Assembly (NCBI GenBank): GCA_964458565.1
Contig: CAYWJO010000002.1
Coordinates: 137,008-190,324 of the forward strand
Direction: 5' to 3'
Origin: an uncultured archaeon
GTDB lineage: Archaea; Asgardarchaeota; Thorarchaeia; Thorarchaeales; Thorarchaeaceae
Length of the DNA: 53,317 nucleotides
A program made the position numbers and the translations under genes. The notes beneath the pieces are model-generated. The model made no database searches, was not told the DNA's origin, and saw only the letters and a program-made list of their open reading frames with translations. Shown piece after piece: positions 17,593 through 26,490 of this stretch (the stretch's first letter is position 1; every line of letters begins with the position of its first letter).

Positions 17593-18717
17593 TCACCTCA
17601 ACGCATCAATCAAGGTATCAATTTCGTTTGTTGAATTGTAAAAGTGAGGTGATACTCTCAGTCGACCATTCCTGACTGAACAGAATATCCTCTGTTCGTT
17701 TAGCTTCTTAAACAACTCATCAATGTCCTTGGGGGCGCTTGATACAATGGGTGAAGAATTGTTTTCAGGAAACTCAAAATAATCTATATTCTCCTCCTGA
17801 AGACGTTTTCTTAGATAATTCCCATTTTCTAGAGCTGCAAGTTCTCTTTGTTTTGCTGGAATCTTTAACAATACTTTCAGTGATTCAGAGAATCCAGTGT
17901 ATGCCGCTACAGCTGGAGACCCAACTTGGAACATCCTCGCGTCATCGAGAGGCTCTCGTTCCATGTAGCTGAAATCTGTGAGTTTCTTAACTCCCCACCA
18001 ACCGAGAAATCTAGGTTGAAGTGTCCCAACAAGTTCCTTCTTTAAATAGACAAATCCCGCACCTATAGGGCCAACCAACCACTTAGCTGCTTGCGCTGTT
18101 GCAAAATCTATATCCATTTCTTTGAGGTCAATATCCGCCCAACCCGCAGATTGAATTATGTCTGCTAGAAGATAACCCCCTTCGTTATGTACGATTTTAG
18201 CTAACTCAGCTATATCAGTTCTATATCCTGTGCCAAATTGAACATGACTCACAGCTACAACTTTTGTGTTTTCATCTATCTTCTCTTGATAATCCTCTAG
18301 TCTTGTTGCACCATTTTTTGATTTGACGATTCTAAGTTCAATGCTATGAATCTTGCAGATATTTTGCCATGGTACATAATTTGCTGGAAACTCAAGATCA
18401 CATAGTACTATGTTTGAGTTTTTGGGATAGCTAATTGCATGAGCGAATGAGTTTACACCTGCTGATGTGCTTGGCACCAGACCATACTGTGAGTAATCGC
18501 CTCCAAGTAGTTTAGCTAGATTCTGTCTAACATCTTTAATCATATTCAATGTATCATCAAAATTGCCAATGGCTTTGGTTCTATTGTTAAGATACTGAAT
18601 AATTGCATCTATTGTTGATATTGGAGGGATTCCAGTTGCAGCATTATTCAGGTAGACCATATCAGAAAGCGTTGGAAACATTTTTCCAATGAATTCTCTA
18701 TCGATTTTTGCAGACAT
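17593..18717 (-). CDS. Class V PLP-dependent aminotransferase / lyase
   Basis: YLNNAATG, EFPAN..PW, SHVQF.TG, DIIQ..G, KWLVGP.G.GF, RVSPHFYN; no obvious cysteine-desulfurase catalytic Cys loop. Confidence 0.88.
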   Translation of the reverse strand: MSAKIDREFIGKMFPTLSDMVYLNNAATGIPPISTIDAIIQYLNNRTKAIGNFDDTLNMIKDVRQNLAKLLGGDYSQYGLVPSTSAGVNSFAHAISYPKNSNIVLCDLEFPANYVPWQNICKIHSIELRIVKSKNGATRLEDYQEKIDENTKVVAVSHVQFGTGYRTDIAELAKIVHNEGGYLLADIIQSAGWADIDLKEMDIDFATAQAAKWLVGPIGAGFVYLKKELVGTLQPRFLGWWGVKKLTDFSYMEREPLDDARMFQVGSPAVAAYTGFSESLKVLLKIPAKQRELAALENGNYLRKRLQEENIDYFEFPENNSSPIVSSAPKDIDELFKKLNEQRIFCSVRNGRLRVSPHFYNSTNEIDTLIDALR

Positions 18718-18769
18718 GTCTTGATAAAATAGGGGATTTGAAGATAAACTTCCCGACTAGTAAATCCCC

Positions 18770-18782
18770 TAAAGGTTTAAGA
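18770..18782 (+). promoter_or_regulatory. BRE/TATA-like promoter of the mglA-like gene (probably leaderless)
   Basis: TAAAGG-TTTAAG, with the TATA-like box about 27 nt upstream of ATG 18804. Confidence 0.55.
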
Positions 18783-18803
18783 CCCAGCAAAGACCGATAA
18801 AAT

Positions 18804-19652
18804 ATGGAGAGCGGTTTGTCAGTATTCAGGAGGATACGAAGTCGTTTTCGGAAGGAACGGGCTGAAACTCCCGAGATGTCCGAAACAAAGACCGAAACAA
18901 CTTCCACCGTCGAGGTGACCCCTTTAGATGATACCATCTCCCCTCCTGCAACAATTCGCCAGATGGAACCATCGGGTACTCTTGTAGTCACAGGTGAGGA
19001 CTGGCAAATTGATGCCACAGAAACCGCAAATCTAGCAAAAGCAGCTCGAATACGTCCACACAGAGTGAGTGAGATTGTACCAGGCAAAGATCTTAAGCGC
19101 GATGAGGAAGGTCGCATTCATATCAAGATCGTCTTCTACGGCCCATCTCTGTCTGGAAAGACAACCGCTCTGCGTTGGTTATTTGCCAACGTGCGATCTA
19201 TAACAAAAAGTAGGATTATCGAGATATCCGACGAACTTGGAAGAACAACCTTCTTTGATTTTGTACCTATTTCTGCGAATGATCGTGTAGTTTTTGATGT
19301 CTTCACGGTTGCGGGACAAAGACGACATGCCAGCAGTAGAATATCTGTTCTACGTGATGTTGATGGTCTCATCTTCATGGCAGACAGCCAACCAGAACAG
19401 ATGAATGAAAACCTGGCATCTATCCAGGAATTGAGGATCGCTCTTGGTACAGATAGACTTGCAACGATGCCAATTATTGTTGCACTCAATAAAAGAGATC
19501 TTCCAAATGCATTACCAATCGAATATATGGTCAATATGCTTGACCTAGAGGGTTATCCAGTTTTTCCAACAACCGCAACTGAGGGTAAGAATCTTCTGCG
19601 TATGTTTCAGAAAATTTTGAAAGAAGCACTCATTTTCAAGATAGGAATTTAA
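18804..19652 (+). CDS. MglA-family small GTPase with long N-terminal extension
   Basis: KIVFYGPSLSGKTT, RTTFFDF, FTVAGQ, VDGLIFMADS, NKRDL, TATEG, all matching MglA. Confidence 0.9.
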   Translation: MESGLSVFRRIRSRFRKERAETPEMSETKTETTSTVEVTPLDDTISPPATIRQMEPSGTLVVTGEDWQIDATETANLAKAARIRPHRVSEIVPGKDLKRDEEGRIHIKIVFYGPSLSGKTTALRWLFANVRSITKSRIIEISDELGRTTFFDFVPISANDRVVFDVFTVAGQRRHASSRISVLRDVDGLIFMADSQPEQMNENLASIQELRIALGTDRLATMPIIVALNKRDLPNALPIEYMVNMLDLEGYPVFPTTATEGKNLLRMFQKILKEALIFKIGI

Positions 19653-20392
19653 TCCCTGACTATCGGAAGTTCTCCTTTCTCAAGTTGTTCTATGAGCTCT
19701 ATTAACTCATTGATTGCATCTTCTATGATTGCCTTTCCCTTTTCTTCATTTGCGGCTTTCGGATTACCATAAATTGCTGATGGCATAAGTTCCTCTCGAT
19801 ACACTCCCGAAATGATGCGATATTTTGTTTCCACTCTTGCAGAAACAACGTTTGACACATCTACCAAATCCGGTCTTACAAACAAGACCTCTGACGTCTC
19901 ATCTTCTGCAGCGTGACCATCAGGAGTTTCTAACACTTCCTTTCTTGTTTTCGCTGCTAAATCTTTCCACCAGTTTACAACAATGACTGCACGCTCATCC
20001 GACGATGTAGCGATTGATGCTGCCTGTCGGAGCGAACCCTCATTTCCGCCATGACCATTCAATGCAATAAGAAACCTGAAGCCCTGGCGAAAGACTGATT
20101 CCATCACATCCACGTAAAATTTCGTCAAAGTTATTGGACTAATTGCAATTGTCCCTCTAAAAGGAATAAATGTCCAGCTATCACCAAAGGGTATTGCAGG
20201 AAGTACTATTGCATTTGTCTTCTCTGCGATATGGTTTCCCAGATATGAAGGTAAAATCATGTCTGTTCCTAATGGTAGGTGTGTACCGTGAGCTTCAGTT
20301 GCACCAGTAATCATCACTGCTACTCTAGTATTCTGGGAGATTTTACTGAAATTTACCTGAGTTAGTTCAGACCAAAATGGCATTTCAATCAA
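19649..20392 (-). CDS. Creatininase family amidohydrolase
   Basis: GATEAHG.HLPLGTD, NGHGGN, GHA.E.ETS, G.P..A..EKG. Confidence 0.92.
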   Translation of the reverse strand: MIEMPFWSELTQVNFSKISQNTRVAVMITGATEAHGTHLPLGTDMILPSYLGNHIAEKTNAIVLPAIPFGDSWTFIPFRGTIAISPITLTKFYVDVMESVFRQGFRFLIALNGHGGNEGSLRQAASIATSSDERAVIVVNWWKDLAAKTRKEVLETPDGHAAEDETSEVLFVRPDLVDVSNVVSARVETKYRIISGVYREELMPSAIYGNPKAANEEKGKAIIEDAINELIELIEQLEKGELPIVRD

Positions 20393-20485
20393 TTAAAGAA
20401 ATGAACTCATTTTCTAATTAATCATCTGGCGTGATTGGATTTCACCGAAAAGGATAATTAGCAAACAGAGATGTTTCGTTTTCGA

Positions 20486-20595
20486 AGCCCCGTGGTGTAG
20501 CGGTCCAGCATCAGCGGTTCTGGAGCTCCAGAGCTGCATATGCTCCGCAGCGGAAATCCCGCTGGACCCAGGTTCGAGTCCTGGCGGGGCTACCA
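20486..20595 (+). tRNA. tRNA-Gln(CTG) with a 34-nt intron at 37/38 (20524-20557) and encoded CCA
   Basis: Acceptor stem AGCCCCG/CGGGGCT-A-CCA; anticodon stem AGCGG/CCGCT; CTG at 20520-20522; T arm CCAGG-TTCGAGT-CCTGG; canonical bulge-helix-bulge (TTCT/GGAA helix, 3-nt bulges GGA and ATC, GCT/AGC). Confidence 0.96.
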
Positions 20596-20740
20596 ACTCT
20601 TCTTATCATCGACAATTTACGAATTTTTGTATCGATAAATGCAAAATAGCATAATTTGGAATAATGGTCGATATATAGACGGGTTTGATTTTTTAAGGAG
20701 TGACCTATACATTTATAGGGAAAATGGGGAATTAATTATC

Positions 20741-20839
20741 GGAGACCATTGACTCGCACATTATGCTCATCTGTCCGAGTTTCCTGTTGTCTGCAACCCT
20801 CCCGGCAAGACAGCTCAACAGGGTGCGAGTCGTTTCTCC
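20741..20839 (+). ncRNA. Putative structured ncRNA or cis-regulatory RNA, family unknown (three-way junction)
   Basis: GGAGA/TCTCC, GACTCGCAC/GTGCGAGTC, GCTC/GAGT and CCTGTTG/CAACAGG helices; TTTATA 29 nt upstream; followed by T-rich sequence. Strand is not certain. Confidence 0.55.
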
Positions 20840-20904
20840 TTTAAATTTCTCATCATGGCAAGCTTCATATCTTGGCGTAGTTGCCACCAACAGTGTGACA
20901 GACC

Positions 20905-21684
20905 ATGGAGCATATCGAACTTGGCTGGAATGATTTTTGGGCTGAATTATTCCGAGTGAAACATCGTCGTTCAATCCCTGGTATTGAGCAATACGATGAA
21001 ATGATTGTAAAATTCTGTTTAGAGGTTCTTGGACTTAAACCTGGAAATGAAATTCTTGATATTGCCTGTGGTGCAGGTGAACATTGTATTGAATTCGCTA
21101 AATCTGGCTTGATTCCCACCGGATTCGACCTCGCTCCAATATTAATCAAATCTGGGAATAAGCGGGCTGCAAGTGAGAATTTGAATATCAACTTCTATGT
21201 AGGAGATATGCGTGAAATCAATTTTACTCAACGTTTCCATGGTGCTGTTATCCTTAGTCATAGTTTTGGCTTCTTTAATCATGAGGAGAACAAACTGGTG
21301 CTGCAAGGATCTTACAATTCCTTGTTAGATGGTGGGAAGCTTCTATTAGATTTGATGAATCCATATAACTTACCTAAATTTCAAAAAACATGGATGAAGA
21401 TGGAAGACGGCTATCTTCTAAGTGAACCCCATACCTTGGATGCAACTGCAGGTCAATTACGTGGACGTCCTGCACTATTCATTGATACTATAAATCAAAA
21501 AATTGTGAATATGAACGAGGATGCAATGTCTAACAATGATATCAGAATGTATTCTGCTCTGGAGATTCGTGACCTTCTTACCGAGGTTGGTTTCCATAGG
21601 GTTGACTTGTACGGCCAGAATAAACTCCCAAGAATGCCTTACTCTGTAAATAGTGAAAGAATGGTCGTCGTTGCTGAGAAATAG
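20905..21684 (+). CDS. Class I SAM-dependent methyltransferase
   Basis: ILDIACGAGEH, GFDL, GDMR, SFGFF, L..GGKLLLD. Confidence 0.92.
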   Translation: MEHIELGWNDFWAELFRVKHRRSIPGIEQYDEMIVKFCLEVLGLKPGNEILDIACGAGEHCIEFAKSGLIPTGFDLAPILIKSGNKRAASENLNINFYVGDMREINFTQRFHGAVILSHSFGFFNHEENKLVLQGSYNSLLDGGKLLLDLMNPYNLPKFQKTWMKMEDGYLLSEPHTLDATAGQLRGRPALFIDTINQKIVNMNEDAMSNNDIRMYSALEIRDLLTEVGFHRVDLYGQNKLPRMPYSVNSERMVVVAEK

Positions 21685-21686
21685 AA

Positions 21687-22610
21687 TCAGGGCTCTATCT
21701 CACACATGAGCTTCTTAATTCTCTGAGTCATCTCTAGTGCTTCATTCCAAGGTCTCTGCCATAGATTTCGACCAAATAAAAGCCCATTACCTCCATATTC
21801 CAGACAAGCTCTAGCTCTATGTATTAAGTCATCATCACTCAGCTTACTACCCCCGGAGAAAAGGACGAGCGTCTTGCCAGCAGTCTTTACAACTCTACTG
21901 ATGCCTTCTTCATAGGTGAACTCTAGTGATCCATAGGGTTCTGGTTGTTCTTTCCTATTTTCTGGATCATCAACAGGTACATTGAGCTTCACAGCATCAG
22001 CCCCTAATTCCATAGCTACTCTTGCTGCATAATCTATTGCATAGAGTGACTTCTTTCCTCCTTGAGAATTGACAGCTTCACCCCGTGGATAAGACCATAG
22101 AATAATGGGCATTCCATATCGATCTGCATCAGCTTTTATTTTCCTGAATTGGTTGAAGTCATCAGGCTGTTTAGGGCTGCCAACATAAAGAGTGTAACCT
22201 ATAGCATCTGCCCCAATCCTAACTGCATCCTCAACTGTGGCTGTCAGTGGAGAGAATGCATGATCATCTGGGGGTATCCTTGTCTTACCATTGACCTTCA
22301 ATACTATGGGTACTTTTCCTGCATACTTTTTAGCATACTTCTCTGCAAGTCCTAGATGCAATGCTATTCCTGAAAAGCCTCCTTTCTCAGCTAGTTTGAA
22401 TTGAAACTCGGGATTTGCAGAATCAGGATTTGGGAAAAAAGTTGCTGGACCATGCTCGAGACCTTGATCAATTGGGAGAATCAACATTCTTCCATTGCCA
22501 GGTCCATGTTCATACATGAGTCTGTGAAGTCTCACGCGTTTTCCAAGAGATAGGTGATCTAATTTATCAAGAAGACTCAATCTTATCATTCTCCCTTTAC
22601 TAGAGGTCAT
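21687..22610 (-). CDS. fbaB: Class I (DhnA/archaeal-type) fructose-bisphosphate aldolase
   Basis: LPIDQGLEHGP, VE.A.R.GADAIGYTLY.GS, WSYPRG, YAARVAMELGAD.VK, SGG, FGRN.WQR. Confidence 0.92.
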   Translation of the reverse strand: MTSSKGRMIRLSLLDKLDHLSLGKRVRLHRLMYEHGPGNGRMLILPIDQGLEHGPATFFPNPDSANPEFQFKLAEKGGFSGIALHLGLAEKYAKKYAGKVPIVLKVNGKTRIPPDDHAFSPLTATVEDAVRIGADAIGYTLYVGSPKQPDDFNQFRKIKADADRYGMPIILWSYPRGEAVNSQGGKKSLYAIDYAARVAMELGADAVKLNVPVDDPENRKEQPEPYGSLEFTYEEGISRVVKTAGKTLVLFSGGSKLSDDDLIHRARACLEYGGNGLLFGRNLWQRPWNEALEMTQRIKKLMCEIEP

Positions 22611-22798
22611 CTATGTAATCAAACCATTATAGAGTCTTCTCTATAGGTCATGAACTATTTTGTTGACCGCGTCACAAATCTTTTAAGACTCGTTAAGAGT
22701 GAACGCGCAAGTCACCGATGAGGCTATCGGTGCCCTCGGCCGAGTTCTCTCGAGATAATAATACAAGGTTGGGGATAGACTATAAGAGCGTGAGAAAT

Positions 22799-25012
22799 GT
22801 GGTCAAAATTAAAGACCCTGAGGCAATTAAACGACTAATCATGTCGGACGATTATAAACATAAGAGGATTATATCAATCAGTGCTCATATCGACCATGGT
22901 AAGACAACTACAACTGACTACCTTATGCGTCGTGCAGGTCTAATGAGCGATGCAGCTGCTGGTCAAGCACTCATGACTGACAGTGATGAAGAGGAGCAGG
23001 AGCGAGGTATCACTATCTTCACATCAGTTGTACTGCTTAACTTCGAGGTTGATGGTGAAGAATATCTGGTTCAGCTTAGTGATACTCCCGGACACTTGTC
23101 ATTCACTGGTGAGGTATCACGCGCGCTGAGAGCTAGTGATGGTGCTGTTATATTAGTAGATGCATTAGAAGGTGTCATGACCCAGACAGAAACCAATATT
23201 CGTCTTGCAGTCGGTGGTGAAGCCTGTAAACCAGTTCTATTCATCAATAAGGTTGACCGTTTGATAAACGAGCTCAAATTATCGCCTGCTAAGGTGTATG
23301 AAAGAATTGACATCATCGTAGCGAAGGTCAACGAGCTCATCAAGAAATTAGCTCCCAAAGAATTCGTGAAAGAGTGGCAGGTTGGATTTGAACGTGGAAC
23401 TGTTGCTATAGGCAGTGCAAAGACTGGCTGGGCTTTTACTATGAAGACCTTGGAAAAACGTGATATTAAACCAATCATCGTGTTTGAGAAGTACAATGAA
23501 GGTGACGAAATGTGGCTCCGAGAGAACCTTCCACTTGATGAGGCTCTTCTTGAGATGATTGCTCACCATCTACCTGATCCAAAAACAGCTCAGAGATACA
23601 AGATTCCTCGAATCTGGAAAGGTGATATGGATAGTCCAGAAGGTAAAGCCCTAATGGAATGTGATCCCAATGGTCCTCTCCTTGGAATGATCACAAAGAT
23701 TTTCGTAGATCCAAAAAGCAAACGACCGACCTTAATTGGTAGAGTGTTCTCTGGTACATTAAAAACAGGTGATGAGATTCGTCTTGTAAACATGCGTCAG
23801 AATGCTCGAATTAAAAGATTAGGGGTTCAGGAGATTACTGACATTCTACCTATGGAAGCGGTACCAGCTGGAAATCTTGTTTCTATATTTGGTTTCATCT
23901 GCCCATCTGGAGAAACATTTGTTGGGGGTGATTCGGACATGAAAGGATTTGAAGCCATTGAGTATGTCAGTGAGCCTGTTGTAAGTCGAAGTATAAAACC
24001 GATTGATCCACAGGACATCGCCCGGCTAGGTGAAGTTGTTAGGAAGTGGATCATGGCTGACCCAACAGCAAGATTTACCCATGACAAAGAGTCAGGTGAA
24101 TACCGTCTAGATGGAATCGATCCTCTACAGATTGAGATTCTAACAAAGCGAATCAACGAACAGGTTGAGATTTCAGTTTCCGAACCCATTATCGTATATC
24201 GCGAGAAAATGACTGACACTGGTGATGAGTTTCATACAAAGTCACCTAATGGCCACAACCGTATCAGAATGTTTCTTTCACCTTTGGATGATAAAACAGT
24301 AGAACTCATCAAAAGGAAGAAAGTAACTGCTGATATGAATGATCGAGAACGTGCTCAAATACTGAGAGATGAAGCAGGTTGGGATGCAAAAGAAGCACGT
24401 AAGATATTGGATATCTATGAGAATTGCATGTTAGTCGATGCTATGACTGGTGTGCAACGATTTGACAGAATTCTTGCTTATCTCAAAACTGCATTCAGAG
24501 AGTTTGTTGATGAAGGACCAATTGCTCATGAACCAGTCCTAGGAGTAAAAGTTGTTATAACAGATGCAACTGTTCATACTGACCCTGCACACACAGGATA
24601 CAATGAAGTTGCGACTATGGTTTCATCTGCTCTGAACATGAGTTTTCTCACAGGTAAACCAGGTCTGTTCGAACCAGTTCTTAATACAGATATCAAGACT
24701 CCCACTGATACTCAAGGCCAAGTAATAAAGGTCCTAACGGGTCATAGAGGTCAAATTCTGGACATCGAAGCTGAAGAAGACAACGTTACTGTAAGGGGAT
24801 CCTTACCTACTGCAGAAACAATAGGGATTGCTGATGAATTCAGAAGTGCCACTGCTGGAAGAAGTTTCTTTGGTTATGAATTCCGAGGATTCGAACCTGT
24901 CCCGTCAAGTCTCCAAGAAGAAGTAATTCTTGAGATTCGTAAGAGAAAGAGTATGCCTGAGGAAATGCCTAGCTTGTCTTCATGGTCACGTTATCTCTAC
25001 AAACGAACCTAA
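22799..25012 (+). CDS. fusA: Translation elongation factor 2 homolog, probably the Asgard paralog aEF-2p
   Basis: AHIDHGKTT, ERGITI, DTPGHLSF, NKVD, KSPNGHN; diphthamide loop reads DPAHTG. GTG 22799 is taken as the start (ORF track starts at 22718). Not in a ribosomal-protein operon. Confidence 0.88.
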   Translation: MVKIKDPEAIKRLIMSDDYKHKRIISISAHIDHGKTTTTDYLMRRAGLMSDAAAGQALMTDSDEEEQERGITIFTSVVLLNFEVDGEEYLVQLSDTPGHLSFTGEVSRALRASDGAVILVDALEGVMTQTETNIRLAVGGEACKPVLFINKVDRLINELKLSPAKVYERIDIIVAKVNELIKKLAPKEFVKEWQVGFERGTVAIGSAKTGWAFTMKTLEKRDIKPIIVFEKYNEGDEMWLRENLPLDEALLEMIAHHLPDPKTAQRYKIPRIWKGDMDSPEGKALMECDPNGPLLGMITKIFVDPKSKRPTLIGRVFSGTLKTGDEIRLVNMRQNARIKRLGVQEITDILPMEAVPAGNLVSIFGFICPSGETFVGGDSDMKGFEAIEYVSEPVVSRSIKPIDPQDIARLGEVVRKWIMADPTARFTHDKESGEYRLDGIDPLQIEILTKRINEQVEISVSEPIIVYREKMTDTGDEFHTKSPNGHNRIRMFLSPLDDKTVELIKRKKVTADMNDRERAQILRDEAGWDAKEARKILDIYENCMLVDAMTGVQRFDRILAYLKTAFREFVDEGPIAHEPVLGVKVVITDATVHTDPAHTGYNEVATMVSSALNMSFLTGKPGLFEPVLNTDIKTPTDTQGQVIKVLTGHRGQILDIEAEEDNVTVRGSLPTAETIGIADEFRSATAGRSFFGYEFRGFEPVPSSLQEEVILEIRKRKSMPEEMPSLSSWSRYLYKRT

Positions 25013-25027
25013 TCAACACTTTGCAGA

Positions 25028-25070
25028 GAGCGATACAAAATGTGTCGCTCCTTTCCAATTTTCTTTTTGT
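25028..25070 (+). terminator. Hairpin plus pyrimidine tract after the EF-2 homolog
   Basis: GAGCGATACA-AAA-TGTGTCGCTC followed by CTTTCCAATTTTCTTTTT. Confidence 0.6.
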
Positions 25071-25125
25071 ATTTGTATTTGGAAAGCTATTTCTTTGTGG
25101 ATGTTATCCACCAGCATGATTTACA

Positions 25126-26457
25126 ATGACCATTGACCTGACAAAAGAACTAGCACATCTTGTATCGTTCAATACTGTTACTAATGCTAGGGAGATAACT
25201 CGTCCATCGTCCGACTGCCCTCAGTATATTAAGACAAGACTGGATGAAATGGGTTTTATCACGGAGTTACTAGAGTCAAATGGAGTAATTACTGCTTTAG
25301 GTCGAAAAGGCCAAGGGCGTTTCAAAATCTTATTCCTCGCACATTACGACGTTGTGCCTCCAGGTGAAGGTTGGAATACTGATCCTTTCTCGATGAAAAT
25401 CGATGGCGATCGTGCTTATGGACGTGGTACCTGCGATGATAAAGGAAACATCGCATCTTTACTAGGACTTGCAGAAATGCTACAAGAAACTGAGCTTCCC
25501 TGTATGACGATGATTGCTACTACTGGCGATGAAGAAATAGGTGGAAGAAATGGTGCAAAATATCTCCGTGAATATCTTATCAGTCAGGGTCTCTTTCCTG
25601 ATTTTGTAGTCATCGCTGATGGTATAAATCAGGTAGTTATTCATAGACGAAGGAATGCGATGCCTGTCGAAATAAAAGCACGTCAAAAGAAATCTATACT
25701 TACGGGTCGAATTGATACAATTCGCTTCAAGACAGAGACTTTTGGTAGTGAATCTAGACATAGCGCATATATGCGTCCTGGAGTAGATCGCCATGCCATG
25801 CTCACAGCCTGCAAGTATCTTGAGCTTAATGCTCATAGCGTAGTATCTGATGCTCGAGGTGCCTTTGTTAAATCCAATGTTGTTCCTGATTGGGTCGAGC
25901 TTGATATTATCCATCCTGATGAATCTGGAACTGAACTTGAATATGATGAAACTTTGACTGGCTTATTCCGCTCGCTCCTTCCATTGAGTCAGGCTCCGTT
26001 TCCAACAGAATATTCAGACTTTGGAACGATTGTATCACCAAATCTTCTTTCATTAGAGGATGACCTCTGGTATCTGTATCTCGATGTTCGTGCAATGACT
26101 AATGATTCAGAACCAATTGAAAAAGCATTCAAGAGAGCATTAGAAGGGCGCGCAGAGATATTCACACTGAAAGCCAGTGCTGGGGCAGGATATGTGAACT
26201 CCGATCCGGATTCTCACTTAATTAAGGCAGCTGAGTGGGCTCTACAAAAGGAGAAGATACAGTACAAACTGATTGAGGGATATGGTGCATCAGATTCTAG
26301 ATACTTTGCAGATAGTGCTCTTGTGTTTGACTTTGGACCTGTAGGTGATAATCTCCACGGACCAAATGAATGGGTTTCATTGTCATCAATAAGTGAGAAT
26401 ACTAAATTCTACTATAGCTTGATAGATGTCCTTATTCGAAAGCCTGATTCAATTTAA
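25126..26457 (+). CDS. M20/M25/M40 family metallo-hydrolase (DapE/ArgE-like)
   Basis: AHYDVVP, YGRGTCDDKG, DEEIG, SD.RYF, FGP...HGPNE. Confidence 0.92.
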   Translation: MTIDLTKELAHLVSFNTVTNAREITRPSSDCPQYIKTRLDEMGFITELLESNGVITALGRKGQGRFKILFLAHYDVVPPGEGWNTDPFSMKIDGDRAYGRGTCDDKGNIASLLGLAEMLQETELPCMTMIATTGDEEIGGRNGAKYLREYLISQGLFPDFVVIADGINQVVIHRRRNAMPVEIKARQKKSILTGRIDTIRFKTETFGSESRHSAYMRPGVDRHAMLTACKYLELNAHSVVSDARGAFVKSNVVPDWVELDIIHPDESGTELEYDETLTGLFRSLLPLSQAPFPTEYSDFGTIVSPNLLSLEDDLWYLYLDVRAMTNDSEPIEKAFKRALEGRAEIFTLKASAGAGYVNSDPDSHLIKAAEWALQKEKIQYKLIEGYGASDSRYFADSALVFDFGPVGDNLHGPNEWVSLSSISENTKFYYSLIDVLIRKPDSI

Positions 26458-26490
26458 TTTGTAATAGGTCCCCCCTAGTTCATAAAGATT

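Noticed and set aside
17593-18717. Selenocysteine lyase or cysteine desulfurase linked to selD
   Set aside because: No recognisable catalytic Cys loop (SACxS or RxGxHC), and it lies about 12 kb from selD.
20486-20595. tRNA-Sec or long-variable-arm tRNA
   Set aside because: The extra length is a BHB intron; the acceptor stem is 7 bp and the anticodon is CTG.
20414-20596. 60-aa minus-strand ORF
   Set aside because: Antisense shadow of tRNA-Gln.
20735-20840. SAM-I riboswitch (TTATC, GCAACC...GGTGC upstream of a methyltransferase), or 5S rRNA
   Set aside because: No P1 partner (GATAA/GATGA) and no P2 kink-turn, and a stronger 9-bp helix sequesters the GTGC of GGTGC. The 5S loop C motif and helices IV-V are missing. 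Kept only as an unknown structured RNA.
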